From Sphyrna mokarran (taxonomy: Eukaryota), in the NCBI GenBank assembly GCA_024679065.1, contig JAGIQG010000019.1:23994001-24058000 (forward strand): a stretch of 64,000 nt of DNA, read 5' to 3'. Shown here piece after piece: positions 25,409 to 38,708 of the stretch. Under the pieces are notes generated by a model. It saw only the letters and a list, made by a program, of their open reading frames with translations, did no database searches and was not told the origin of the DNA. Position numbers and translations under genes: made by a program. Within the stretch, counting starts at the first letter, position 1. Each line of letters opens with the position of its first letter.

Positions 25409-25440
25409 CTGAAGAAGAGTCATCCAGACTCAAAACATTG
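25409..25440 (+). ncRNA. Minimal hammerhead motif, CpG-decayed, at a PLE end (25409-25510)
   Basis: CTGAAGA-A-GAGTC-ATCCA-GACTC-AAAA-CATT. Stem II is a perfect 5 bp; GAAACGTT appears decayed to AAAACATT. Confidence 0.65.
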
Positions 25441-26239
25441 GCTCTGTTGTCTCTTCACAAATGTTGTCAGACATGCTGGGATTTTCCAGCATTTTCTGAT
25501 CCAGCATCCACTACCAGTCCACACGGTAGTGAAAGAGCAAGAGTCGTAAGAGGAGGAAGACAAAGATGAAAAAGCAACTGCATCCCCAACAAATAACTTG
25601 CATTACTTATATTAGGAAATAGCTTAGAGACAGTTCTGCGCATGGAGAGACGTCACACACAAATGGGGATGGCTCATGGAAGAGAATTGATGAATATGTG
25701 CAATGAAATTTTTGGTGCATTGTCAATGTTAAGGGCCATGGGGGAATCTGGCAAGACTTTGGCATAGGTCACTGCACAGCTGCAACACACGTTCAGACTA
25801 TTCTCATGCAAGCTAACCTTGTTACCACATAAGCTCAGACTGCAGCCTTGAGGTTATGGATACCAGAATTGCAACAAGCTTGTAGGTGCCCAAAGCAAAG
25901 CCTTCTAGGCCCGGAGTTATTCAAGGCTCTCTGTAGTTACCCACCACTGAGAGTTAACAGTCTTCTGCCAACCATGTTGCAACCATTGTTAAGGAGCACT
26001 AGGACTGACAAAGTCAGCCAAAAGACAGGCACAAAGAGAATGCATAAGGCTGATTTGTTGCTATTTGTATGCAATATAATTTATTGAATTTTTCTGGAAT
26101 ACTTGCTTTGTATTGCTGTTTATTTCAGCATTGTGACCAAATAGATCAGGAAGAGAGGAAGGACCAGAGAGGTGGGACTGTTGGTGACTGAGGAATTGGG
26201 TTGCATTGATTTATATCCTCGTCAGATGAATGGAGCATG

Positions 26240-26670
26240 TCAAAGAGCTCCTCCTGCTTCCTCCTCCTGCTCAGCTAGTCCCTTCATGATAGTGAGTTTG
26301 TGCAGCATTCAGCAAGTCACCATGAATTTTGATTTATACTCTGCTGAGTACAACAAGTTTCATCCAGAGCAAATTGGGCAGCAGAAGCAATATTCCAATA
26401 ATCTGCTGGTATAATTTTTTATATGGATATATGAGTTTTGTATGGAAGTATGCTTTTTGTTGTACTTTATACGTGTGCACCTGGCACAATGGACTGCTGC
26501 AGAATGAAGGCTTCATGACTATTGCCAAGATAGCAACACTGACCTGCGTGATATGCAGAGTATGGACTCCAGCCAGCTGAGTCATGAGTGCATAGAATTC
26601 CTTTATTGTAGCACATTTCAGAGATTGCCAATGTTCTCTTCTCCCTGCTCTGAAACTGTGGCTGCAGCAA
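26240..26670 (-). pseudogene. Decayed PIF/Harbinger (HARBI1-like DDE) transposase
   Basis: YNKG..; TQLAGVHTLHITQV; YLGNSHEAFILQQSIVP; LLYSAEYKSKFMVTC*MLHKLTIMKG..EEE. Confidence 0.75.
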
Positions 26671-27532
26671 AGTGGTAAATTTTATTGAGAATATCCTTAT
26701 TGAAGCAAAACATCTCAGAAATGGTTCTTTGCTGAGCTCAACCTACAACAACTTCTGTCTGAATACCCAGGGCAGATATGGCTTTCTGGTGATAGTCCTT
26801 TCTCTCACATTACCCTCCATCTTCCAGCAGCCTCTGCCCAATCTGCTATCATGCTGTATTCCAAGAGGAATATTGCACCTATACCTGGGAGGAAGAAGTT
26901 TGTGAAGTTACATAGTTTGTGCAAATGAAGAGCAGGATTGTGCAACTGAGCCCTTTGAGTTTTTCCTCCATCTAATAAGATCACTGCTGATCGGACTGGA
27001 ACCTCGATTCAACATTTCCACCCTAACCCCATATAACCTTTCACTCCCTTGTTTATCAAGAATCCATTTACCTCTCCCTTAAAAATATTCAAAGGCTTCT
27101 TTCACTGCCCTTTGAAGAAAAATGTTCCAAAGACTATAATTTTCCTGTCCTGCCCACCATGAGAATTGTTCATGCTAAATTTTTCCCCAGTGTCCTTGAA
27201 CTGGTGCCAAGTATGGTGACTATCAGATTTTCAATGCAGTGTTAATGTAAGCCTATTTGTGACATCAATAAATAAACCTAACTTAAAAATGTAATTCTTT
27301 CAGCACCTGCCAGGCTACTCCTTACAGATTTTAGCAACTTTGAACATCTCTGGTAAGTACTGAAAGCTTCCATATTCAGAACAGGCTCCGGCAGTAATCA
27401 ATCAGCAACCAACCTGAAAAGAGTTGATGATCCCCTTCAACGCTGCTGACAAGGGGACCTTTAATTTTGTGGAAAACATGTCCAGCTGTGCAAGGATAAG
27501 AAGGACATCCACATAAGCTCCAGAATGGCGAC

Positions 27533-27833
27533 ATTAGTGGATTGGCATTGCTGCCTCACAGCTCCAGAGAGCCGGCTTTGATTCCTGGCTTGGGCCACGG
27601 TCTGTGCGGAGTCTGCGTGTTCTCCTTGTGTCTATGTGGGTTTCCTCCAGGTGCTCTGGTTTGCTCCCACAGTCTGAAAGACATTGTGGTTAGGTGCATT
27701 GGCCATGCTAAATTCTCCCTCAGCTGTATTCGGACAGGCACCAGAGTTGGCGACCAAGAGATTTTCACAGTAACTTCATTACCATTTTAATATAAGTCTA
27801 CTTGTGACACCAATAAATAAACTTTAAACTTTA
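27533..27833 (+). mobile_element. V-SINE with tail type B
   Basis: Head, V-domain and a B tail ending AATAAATAAACTTTAAACTTT. Confidence 0.9.
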
Positions 27834-28044
27834 ATCATTAATCTGATACAAGACTTCTTTCAGATTGTCAGGATCAAGTATGATCTGATGCTTGCTACAT
27901 GTGTTCCACTGTCCTCACCAAAATGGCATCTGTTTTGTGTAGGAGACTTGATAAGTAAGGCAGAATTTGGGTAAAAACTAATGGAGATTTATATACAGTG
28001 TGTTGATCTCCACTATGGCTGCTTCTTCTCTGTTTCCACACTAA

Positions 28045-28180
28045 GGCCGGAGTCCTACCACCGTTCATACTGGTGGGATTTTCCCGTCCGGCCACAGTGA
28101 ATGGAGATTTGGCTGGCCGCTAAATTCTCTGACATCGCTGCAGCGGGAATGTGGCATGAATGACAAGTAAGATTGTGCCC
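28045..28180. mobile_element. Harbinger-type MITE
   Basis: TAA|GGCCGGAGTCCTACC ... GTAAGATTGTGCCC|TAT. Confidence 0.65.
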
Positions 28181-28924
28181 TATGCCTGTAACATTGCTTC
28201 CACTGCACACATTAATACGGCAGAGCTCCAGTGAGCCAATAGGAATAGATACAAATACATAACAGCAGCCAAAGCAGCTCACTTCAGAAAGTATGCATGT
28301 GTATCATGGATAGTATCACTGAGAAAAAAAAACTGGGAACAAAGCAGCCAAATTTCATGGCAACTATTTTTTTAATCTGTGCTTTATGGAACTCCTGATT
28401 CCAATCATATATCTGACACAAGAATAATATTTCCAGCCACTCTATTCACGCATTCATCATAATTAGACTGTATTAAACACGACACTAGCAACATCTAAAT
28501 AGCAACCTCCTTACTGTTGCCTGGAAACACTGATTTGCATCACGATACACACACCAACAGTGGCATTTGCCTCAATGGAACTCATCCAACGTGATTAGTG
28601 TAAATAGCACAGCTCTGATCCTTGCAGCTACATTGGAAGTCTAAATATAACAATAAACTTTCCCTGATTTCAGTCCCATGATACTTTGGCAGAAGAAGTA
28701 CATAAACACTAGATAATAAGGGCTTCAATTTGTTCTAGTTAAAGTTTCTAACATAGGACATGGTATGGTTCTGAATGAAGTGAAAGGAAGGAAGCAGAAG
28801 TTGTCACGTTGACCGATATGTTATTGGAATTGTGTTATTGCCTTGTGTGGAGCTGTTTACCTAGTCTAATAATGCTCTTCTCAAGATTTAGTTTATGGAT
28901 ATATGGATATGTAGTTTATGGATA

Positions 28925-29100
28925 TCTCCAGGTGCTCTGGTTTCTTCCCACAATCTGAAAGATGTGCTGGTTACGTGCATTGGCCATGCTAAGTTCTCCT
29001 TCAGTGTACCTGGATAGGCACCGAAGAGTAGTATTTTCACAGTAACTGCATTGCCATGTAATATAAGCCTACTTGTGACACCAATGAATAAACTTTAAAT
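28925..29100 (+). mobile_element. 5'-truncated V-SINE with tail type B
   Basis: Starts mid V-domain and has a B tail. A TAGTTTATGGATAT duplication sits at the 5' junction. Confidence 0.85.
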
Positions 29101-29609
29101 TTTAGTCATCAATCAGATTGTCAGTGTCAAGAATTCCTGTGGGAGCTTCAATGCGTCTGTCAGTCTTAGTGGGGGTTTTTGATAGCTGGGGGAATGTACA
29201 CAGGGATAACAGAGTGGTATTTGCCTTGACACTGACCCACTATTTCTGTACAAAGCGTAAGATTTGGGCAGTGTTGTCCTTGTGCTTGGAGTTTGGAAGA
29301 TCAAATCACCTTTACTCTTTGAAGTAGTAAAGCCAAATCCTTAGCAGAAAAATCTGGCCTTGTGCTTGTCAGGATCCCGAATCTGTAGAGTTGGAATGCA
29401 GCTGTGCAGGATCTGAGATTTCTAGAGGAAACTGAAGGATATATCCATGTTTATGGTGCTAGCTTCCTCCAACAGCCAGATAAACTTTTTCATTCAGCAC
29501 ATAGTCTGCTTTTTCCTTTTATGAGTTTATAGAGTTGGGGTATAATTGATAAATTTAAGAAGTGAAACCAGTCTTCATCTAGAAGAAGAGATGTGTATTT
29601 TATAAAATC

Positions 29610-30300
29610 CTGGAGTGAATTTTATAGAGGGTGCATTTTCCTATCCCCATATTTGATTGAAAAGTCCGCTAGCCCCTTGCTGACTTTAAAACAGGCTGAC
29701 TCGCAGTGACAATATGCTTCCAGCTGCGCTTGCCCCAAAACTGGAAAGTCCAATCTGAGATCAACAGACCTTTGCATGATCTCCCTCATCACCGCCCTCT
29801 ACCCGTCCTGCCCATCACCCTGCCACCTGCTACAATTCCTCTGGTGGTTGGGATGGGAAAGTTCTGCGCAGGAAGTCCAATTTCTGAGGCCAACATGATT
29901 GGCTGGAAATCGAGTAGTTCCAGGAGTGTCAAAACACAGTAGCAGCTGATGCTGGGACTGCCAGGAATTCCTCAATGGGGCTGTTGGGTTTTCAAGGTCA
30001 GGGGAGGCAAAAGGGGCTAATCCATCTTGGGGAGGGGGGTAAGATGTCCCCAATGGACAGAGGGAAAATCTTAAAGGAGGTACCGCAATTTTCTTTCCTG
30101 CCTTTTATCACAAGCTGTTAAAGTGGTGGGTAGACTAAATTCCTTCTATCTTCCCCCACCAAATGTGGTCTATAAATGACCTTTAATTGGCAACCTAAAG
30201 GCCTCAATAAACCTAAGGACAAGCAGGCAGTCTAATGTCCTATCCATTTTCCATAATTTGGGGAAAGATCTCAGGGGTGAGCAGGAAAGTAGGGTGTTGG
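29610..30300. mobile_element. Old non-autonomous DNA-transposon-like segment (Harbinger-like)
   Basis: TIR-like GGAGTGAATTTTA start and internal motifs shared with 9728-10130. Confidence 0.35.
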
Positions 30301-30825
30301 TCACTCTTTTATTTGCTCCTGCCTTCAAATATGTCAACAGGGGCCATCAACTATTTAAGATGTTACAGATGAGGAAAGCTATATGGCTCAGTTTAGTTCC
30401 TTAACCCAGAAATCGCAAGAATAAGTCCCATTTCAGCAGCTAATCGCAGGGGTTTTATCTTCACTGGATATTTCCGGAAGCCTTGCATTGCTGATTACTT
30501 ATGCAACAGATATCTTAATCCACACTAATTTCTAAAACCACTCTTCTTGCTGACCTCTTTGTGGCTAAAATCATTCCATAGCCTTACCCCTCTTAATCCC
30601 CCTATCCTCCTCTGATGCTACCAACTATTCCTCTCTGAAACTCTCTGCTTTTGGTGCTGCTTCCTGTGTATTCATTCTTTTTCCTACACCCTACCATGGC
30701 TAGCATTGTCTTCAGTCACTGAAGACCCACAATTTGGAATTCCCTTCCTTCACATGTCTGTCTCTTCTGTAATAGCTCCTCAAAACCCTCATTGATTGAG
30801 TGCTGGGACAAAATCTCTTCCATTA

Positions 30826-31530
30826 TAAAGAACAAAGAAAATTACAGCACAGAAACAGGTCCTTCGGACCTCCAAGTCTGCACTGATCATGCTAATCAAC
30901 TGAACTAAAGCCCCCTACTCTTTTTGGGGACCATATCCCTCAATTTCCATCCTATTCATGTATTTGTCCAAACGCTCCTTAAAACTCACTATCATATCTG
31001 CTTCCACTACCTCCCCCAGCAGTGAGTTCCAGGCACCCACCACCTTCTGTTTAAAAAACCTGCCTTGTACATCTCCTTTAAACCTTGCCCTTTGCGCCTT
31101 AAACCTATGCCCCCTAGTAATTGACTCTTCCACCCTGGGAAAAAGCTTCTGACAATCCACTCTATCCATGCCTCTCATAACCTTGAAGATTTCTTTTGGT
31201 TCATCCCGCAACCTCTTTTGTCCCAGTGAGAACAAACCAAGTTTCTCCAATGTCTCCTCCTAGCTAATGCCCTCCATACCAGCCAACATCCTAATAAATC
31301 TTTTCTGTGCCCTCTCCAAAGTCTCCACATCCTTCTGGTAGTGTGACAACCAGATTGAACACTATATTTGAAGTGCGGCCTAACTAAAGTTCTGTAAAGC
31401 TGCAACATGGCTTGCCAATTTTTAAATTGCCCAGCAGATGAAGGCAAGCATGCCATATGCCTTTTTGATTACCTTCTCCACCTGCTTTGCCACTTTCACT
31501 GGCCTGTAAACCTGTACACCCAGACCTCTG
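30826..31530 (-). mobile_element. CR1 3' fragment
   Basis: ORFs 30915-31250 (EKLGLFSLGQKRLR...TRGHRFK) and 31175-31456 (LYRTLVRPHFKYSVQ), with a (TTCTTTG)n tail. Confidence 0.9.
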
Positions 31531-31559
31531 GGTCAAGCCTGCCAATATCTCTTCCATTA

Positions 31560-31820
31560 TGGGCAGCATGATAGTACATTGGTTAGCATTGCTGCCTCAC
31601 AGCGCCAGGGATCTGGGTTTGACTCTCGGCTTGGGTCACTATCTGTGTGGAGTTTGCATATTCTCCCTGTTTCTGCATGGGTTTCCTCCAGGCGCTATGC
31701 TTTCCTCCCATAGTCCAAAAGGCATGTTGCTTAGATGCTCTGGCCATGCTAAATTTTCACAGTAGCTTCACTGCAATATTAATGTAAGTCTACTTGTGAC
31801 ACTAATAAATAAAATAAACA
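31560..31820 (+). mobile_element. V-SINE with tail type B (internal deletion)
   Basis: Head and V-domain fused to the distal part of the B tail. Confidence 0.85.
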
Positions 31821-32439
31821 TTAGCTCAACATCAATTTTATTTTCTCAAACTTCTTTGATACACCTTGAAATGTTTCCCTACGTGTAAATTAAAAATTAT
31901 TGTGCTTTTATCTTCATAAATTAAGTTACTGATCATATCTTGCAACTGGTTATGATACTACATGTACAACAATTCTACATTTCCTATGCCCTGGAGATGT
32001 GCAGATGTGAATGTGTTTCTCCAGTTCTTAGATCATGCATATGCTTTGACTAAAAATTGTGTCAGCAGTTTTTCCAGTGGTGAAGCACTTTGTTTGGCTT
32101 ATCCTACTCCTGCAGAAGATAATAGATGCCATGTATTTGTACTTGTTGAACATGAATTTAATAAAGTTACATCCTTTTGAAGATATGCTGCCACATTTGC
32201 TTCCATGACTAACTGTCCAAAAGCTACTCTGCTTGCTTGACCAAAATACACCCAGTCGAACAAGTTGGCTATTATTTTTCTCTTGAGATAGAATTTATAT
32301 TACTGCCTTCGTAACATTGTTTTCCCCAGGTTTCAGGGCATTCAGGTTTTCATTTCACCATCCAACTCATTTTTTCAAGAAGCAAACAATTTTAATTTCT
32401 CTGCATCTTTCTGGTTGCTTGATGCATTTACTTTATAAA

Positions 32440-32745
32440 ATAACAGAATCCCTAAAGTGCAGAAGGAAGCCATTCAACTTGTTGAATTTGCATCTGACAA
32501 CAATCCCACCCAAGCCTTATCCCCACAACCCCACTAATCCCTCTAACACTAAGGGGCAAATTAGCATGGCCAATCCACCTAACTTGCAGATCTTTGGAGA
32601 TGGGAGGAAATCGGAGCACTCAGAGGAAACCCATGCAGACATTGGGTTCAAACTCCATGCAGACTGTCATCTGAGGCCAGAATTGAACCTGGATCCTTGA
32701 TGCAGTGAGGCAGCCATGCTAACCACTGCGCTGTTGTGCCGCCCT
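32440..32745 (-). mobile_element. HE1-like V-SINE, type A
   Basis: Full length; GGGCGGCAC head at ~32735-32743. Confidence 0.85.
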
Positions 32746-35700
32746 CTTTACCAATTGATGCAAAATATCAGACCAGTCGCTGATTTAACTTAATGCTGAA
32801 AAATAGATCTCATAATAAATATTTTCTCTGTTCTGGGTATCCAAAGGCATTTATTTTATTATCATGCTATTAACTAAACAATACTGAGTTAATTTAAATG
32901 TACTTGTGCTGCAGCTTACAAAGAACAAAGAACAAAGTTGTTGCTTTGGAATTCTAGTGGAATGTTGTAACAAAAATGGTTTCACATGACACGGCACATA
33001 TACCATAGCTGTTTCCTCCTTAATGTCCCACTGGATTTGTCGCACATAGATATGATTGTATTAAGTGTCTGGGAGTCAACTTAAATAAGCTACTTACTCT
33101 TTGTTTGGTAAATGTCAGTTTTCAACAATAACTGCAATAACTCAAGGTAAATCTTCAGGCAGTTTTGCATCCATGTTTGCATATTACTATGAAATATGTG
33201 CAGTTCCATTGTCTACAGTGCAACTACACATAACAAAAGATCATTCTAATCCTGGAAATATTGAATTGCAATGAGCTAAAGAACCTACCCATCCATTCTC
33301 AACTGTGCAGAATCCATTGTTCAAAAAATGCAAAACTGAATTTAATTTCTGTTCTCAATAAATGTCTACTGCAGGTGTTAAATGGACTTTGATTTGAGGA
33401 AATCTATTCCTCTCTATATATAGACAACTAATTTTACTGATTTTTGAAATATCCAGGGGTCAAGTTTAACCCAAAGTGGCTTTTGGATAGGTGAGGACTG
33501 GGACAAACAAGTGGAAAGCCTAAATTCTAGGCCCAGGGTAATAAAGCACTTGAGGTTTGTTAACATTTGATTAATGTCTTTCTCACCTAACTGGGCATGA
33601 TTTCCGAGGAATCTCAGAGACCAATTTAAAACAGGATGCAATTCAAGAAGAAAAATGGTTTTTATTTTCTGACATTGTTTTCTCTAAGGCTATAAGGTGA
33701 AGACTGAGTCAACAATGAGCCTCAAAGTTTCCTGAGGCTTCTGCTGAGTTTCTGGTTGAAGGGAGGAAAGTAAGGAGAAGGTTTGCCCATTAATGGTGGT
33801 AAAATATCAAAAATAGACATTCACTGGGCTTGAATCGATCTGACTGAGTGAATTTGTCCAGAAGCATCATCCTTAGGACTTGGGTTGAATGCAGAAAATA
33901 CTTCAAATGATATGACAAGAGCTTTTAGAGTGAGTGTAATTCATCATTTCTCTATCTCTTTCAAGAGACTTTTCAACAGACCTCTTCTGCTCCCCAACAC
34001 CCTTACAATTCCATCTTTTGCACACATCCTTCACTATCCACCACATAGGCAGACTTTTCATCTATGTTTACACACAGATGTACTAGTAACTAGTAACTTC
34101 GCATTGTCTTCTCACATGATAGCTTTCTAAGAAACTGTCAGAATTCTTTTTCACGATGCAGTTCAGCTTCCCTCAGGGATGAGAGGAATGGAGAATAATG
34201 CTGCTGAGAAACCCAGGTATGCAGATCTCAGGAATCTAGTCTTCAAAAGGACAACAAGCCAGACTTTTCAGCCCCAACAGCAGTGAATATTGACGTTGTC
34301 GGGATGGGAAAATTTGGAGAGTTGCTAAGGCTCTCCAATTTGTTCCCGTCCTGTCCACAATGATGCCCACCTGTGTTGGGGCTGGGAAATCTTACCTGTG
34401 TCAGAACTGGAAAATTCCATCACTTGATTCTGAAGTACAGAACTCTGGTACAGACAATGGAGACAATTTCTATGCATGTGATTGAGATGTTGATGTAGGA
34501 ATAGTGCCATACTTCCATCTTCAACACATTGCAGGAAGTTACTCCTAATGAGTCAAGAAATCAGTGATAGTCTAGGAGATTTGTGGAAGAACATGATACC
34601 AGGAACATATAACAGACCAAGGTGTCTTCCCAAGAATCTCCCTAAGCGATAATTTGGGCACAGTCAAGGTATAATTGCTTTAATAGATGCTTTGAAGTCA
34701 CCCTAAATGCAGGACCTCCACAAAATTTCCCAGACTTAACTGTATCTATTTAGTCTGTAATGACATTAATCAGGCCTCAGCCTTGCTCTAGGGGGCTACA
34801 GGGTGTGGTGACAAATGGTTCTGTCTGTTGTGATGGTGAAGGTGCACAAATGATTTTTATGGTTCGTTTAGTGCTAGCATCTGAGAAAATTTCAGTCTTG
34901 GTCCCAATTACAATGCAGTGACAAGTGGAAGTGGGTCTCAGACACACTAGACTAACATTGTATCCAATTAGAGTACATTTTGTAGCACATTTTATTCAGT
35001 TACATTTAACATTAAACAGGAAATCAAACTGGGACTACTTGGTGAGAAAATGTATCCCAGTCATGCCTGCTGGATTGCATCTTATGAATCTTATAATCAC
35101 TCAAATGTAAACTTTTATTTAGTTAGCTTAGAATGTTGTGTAGCCTGCTCATTCTTTTCTATAAAGCCAAAGAAAATCAAAACATCTTTCCACTAGTTTG
35201 TAAAAGAAGTGAGATTTTCCTGCTAGGAATTCCCACAAGAAATCTGGCATTTATTGACAAAATAACTTTCTCAGAATCGAAACATTGCACATACATGTAC
35301 TTAATCTATTCAGGTACTTTTTCCTGCAAACATAACTGAAAAGCTAATAATAGCACTGGTATTAAAGCTTTAATCACTCCCTAATTACAACTTTCTTTTA
35401 GTGCTGAGGTAACTTATACAAACCAACCAGCAAGGTGAAAAGTCCTTGTGATGGTGAACGTTTGGGGGGGGTGGGGGGGAAAGACGTCTAATTGCATGTC
35501 AGAACTAAAATTGTCAGCTGTCTGACTGCTTTTAATTCTCACTTGCGTGCATGCTTCTGCACATCTCTGTGGCTCCAGACAGTGAATATTACAGGTGATT
35601 AGTGCTCCAGTTCAAACACTTCCAGTTCAAAACATGTTTACTCCCAATTGAGTTGCCCTCAAACAACTTCTAGAAGGGTATCTCCTGAGTCCCGCTGAAA

Positions 35701-35981
35701 GCAATTCTGCCTCTATTGGATAACAGCCAGGCCTTGTATTTATGCTGTGTTGCATCTCACATGGCACGCCATGCACTTCCTGACAACGATTGATGTCTCC
35801 GGAACACAGTGTTATAGGGTACTGTTCGTGCAGAGAAGCATTGCTAAGTATCTGAATGGTTTGATAACGATTTATCAGCTAAATGTATTTGCCTGAATTT
35901 GGGAACAAGAATTGTGGCTTTACTCCTCATTTAAGTCAGACTCTAAATTTAGCCAGAAGCAAGGGTTAATAATGCAAGATT

Positions 35982-36008
35982 CCCCCCCCCCCCCCCCCCC
36001 CCCCCCCC
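35982..36008. repeat. Poly(C)27 run
   Basis: Directly visible. Confidence 0.95.
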
Positions 36009-36925
36009 ACCATTTCATGAGCATCATTGTGTAAATAATGGAGTTGAATTTCATGGGGATTCTCACAATTGTGTTATCATAGCTCAGCAGAAAATCTCTA
36101 GGATTCATGCACAAGTCTCAGCTGGATTAGCCTTATAAATATTGTGGCTACAAGAGCAGATCAGAGGCAAGCAATCCTGGGATGAGTAATTCACCTCCTG
36201 ACTCTTCAAAGCCTGTCCAAAATCTGCAATGTTGTTGAACCACAGTTCAACTCTAATGAGGATATAAGGATGAAACAGTAAGATCACAGACAGCCGCTGG
36301 AAGAGAGCTGCAAGATTCCAGAGACATTTTTAGTAATGTCTGATCACATTATAGACTTGCAGCAGCTGTAATAACTGGAATACACCACATCATTTAAATG
36401 TTCAACCCTTCGCAACATCGTATTTATTAACATAAAAAGCTGAAGTTCCAAGTGGCATCCTCTGTCCAACAATTTTTTTTCAGTTGCAATGCAACTTTAG
36501 ATTTTCATCCAAAACGAAATCATGAACAGTATTTTTATACTTAACGGCAACAACCTTCTGAAACTTTGTAAGAGTCACGATGCTGCATGTCCCTCATAAT
36601 CCTTCTTCAGATCTATGCTAATACTTCAAAGAGGTGCCTTAGGGCTTAGGTTTGGAGAAGGGGACAGCTGCTCCAGGACGATGAGTCTCTTGGGGACACA
36701 GGCAGACCTCGTCTCTTGTGGAATTGCAGAATCTATAAAGCCATCTTTTGCTGTCCCAGTAGACAATGAGATCAAGATATTGATTGTCACTCATCTGTGG
36801 GGAAACAGATTGCTACTAACCATTAATTCTTGGGAAAGAGTCTTTCGAAAAGCCTGAAAGCCCAGGGATATAGTAAATCTGAATCCAGTAGATATGGGAC
36901 TATAAATTATTTGGGTATAGATGTC

Positions 36926-37233
36926 ACATAGAATAGAATAATAGAATCTCTACAGTGTAAAATGAGGTCATTTGGCCCATCAATTCCATCCAGGCCCTAT
37001 CCTCATAACCCCACGTATTTACCCTGCTAATCTCCCTGACACTAGGGGGCAATTCAACATGGCCAATCAACCTAACCCTCAATTCTTTGGACTGTGGGAG
37101 GAAACCAGAGGAAACACATGCAGATATGGGGAGAACATGCAATCTCCACACAGATAGTCAGCCAAAGCTGGAACTGAATCCAGATCCCTGGTGCTGTGAA
37201 GCAGCAGCGTGAATGACTGTGCCACTATGCCAC
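36926..37233 (-). mobile_element. HE1-like V-SINE, type A
   Basis: Full length. Confidence 0.9.
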
Positions 37234-37284
37234 CCATTTTGTTATTTGCCAAATTATCATACTGGCAGTGATAGGGGTACTGCA

Positions 37285-37472
37285 CACGGTTTCTTCCCAC
37301 AGTCTAAAGGTGTGCAGGTTAGGTTGATTAGCCAAGCAAAATTGCCCGTTAATGGGGACTAGCAGGTTAAATATGTGAGGTTGCAGGCATAGGAGATGGG
37401 TGGATTTGTTGTTGGTGCAGCTCAATGAATCAAAATACCTCCTTCTGCTCTGTATGGGTTCTATGATTCTAT
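37285..37472 (+). mobile_element. HE1-like SINE 3' half, inverted relative to its neighbour
   Basis: End of the V-domain plus a (TTCTATGA)n tail. Confidence 0.85.
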
Positions 37473-37574
37473 GAGCTGGAATGGGGAGTGGGCAGGAGAG
37501 TGATTGAGGTGTGGAGGGAGAAAAGATTTAGGAAGCCTGTAACACAGTTGGAAACTTGGATGCAGTGTTGGAGG

Positions 37575-37825
37575 ATCAAGATCTGAGGTCACGTACCAAC
37601 CAACTCAGGAGCAGCTTCTTCCCTTCTGCTATCAGACTTTGAATGGGCCTATCATATATTAAACAGATCTTTCTCTTCACCCCTAGATGTAACTGTGACA
37701 CTACATTCTGCATCTTCTCTTTCCTTCTCCTATGTACTCTATGAATAGTAAGCTTTGTCTGTATAGCACACAAGAAACAACCCTTTCACTGTATACCAAT
37801 ACATGTGACAATAATAAATCAAATC
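37575..37825 (+). mobile_element. Rex1/Babar-type LINE 3' end
   Basis: RSRTNQLRSSFFPSAIRL*, then the 3' UTR and an ATCAA tail. Confidence 0.8.
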
Positions 37826-38149
37826 CTTTGAGTAGACTGAATAATTTCACAAACTAAAGTTTATGTTCTTTTACAAGTGGAGGGATTAGAAATAAATAAT
37901 CCATTAATTCTGTATGATCTGAGCCAATCAAGACCCCAGGTGTACCAAGTGTGATTAGAAATGTAAAATATATCACATGCAAATCTGAATATTTTCATTA
38001 TCCTTATTAAAATACAAGTCAAAATATTAATAATTTTATTCTCATTCAAATGGGATATACAATTTAACTTGTGTTTAGATCAGTAGAAAAGCATAAGCAA
38101 ATTTCTTTTTCCTTAACAACATGACTTCAAATCAGGCTTTCATTTTATT

Positions 38150-38705
38150 AATTGTTATCCTGTTGATCTCTCCGGGGTTTATTTCCATGTCCTGCTATAA
38201 ATTCCAAGCCCTCCTCTAAACCAGACTACTTGCAGCCGCTGCAACTTATTTAACCCCAAGTAGAGGTTTTGAGCTGGACCGTCTCCAATAGGAAACTGCC
38301 TATTTCTGTCTCCATAAAGTCACCTACCAGCTTCACCATCATCTCATTCAGTCTGTTGTTGAAACCCAGACCTTCAGTCGCAACTATTCCAGTTTGTTCT
38401 TCCCCAGCCTTACAAGCTCCATTCTCCATAATTTCAGTGCATTCAAAACCCAAAGGTCCACATCCTATTTTGCATCAAAACCCGTTTTCATTGAATTTGA
38501 TGACATTTTCTAACCCCAAAACCTTTCTGCTCTTTATTTCTCTAGCCCTCTTTTCCCACAGGCTCTCAATTTTTCAGACTCCAATGTTTTCCTATCATCC
38601 CTCTGCATCACCATTGTTGGCTTTCAACCACTGATATCTCCTATATTGGAATTTCCTCCCTGCATTTCATCATCTCTCTGCTTTCGTCTTTAAAGACACC
38701 CATTA
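38150..38705 (+). mobile_element. L2-like LINE 3' remnant
   Basis: Degenerate SRNYSSLFFPSLTSSILHNFSAFK resembling L2 RLDYxNSLLxGLP, and a pyrimidine-rich 3' part. Confidence 0.5.
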
Positions 38706-38708
38706 AAT

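Noticed and set aside
35982-36008. Poly(C)27 as a functional G-quadruplex or i-motif
   Set aside because: Nothing supports function, and homopolymer length is unreliable in assemblies.
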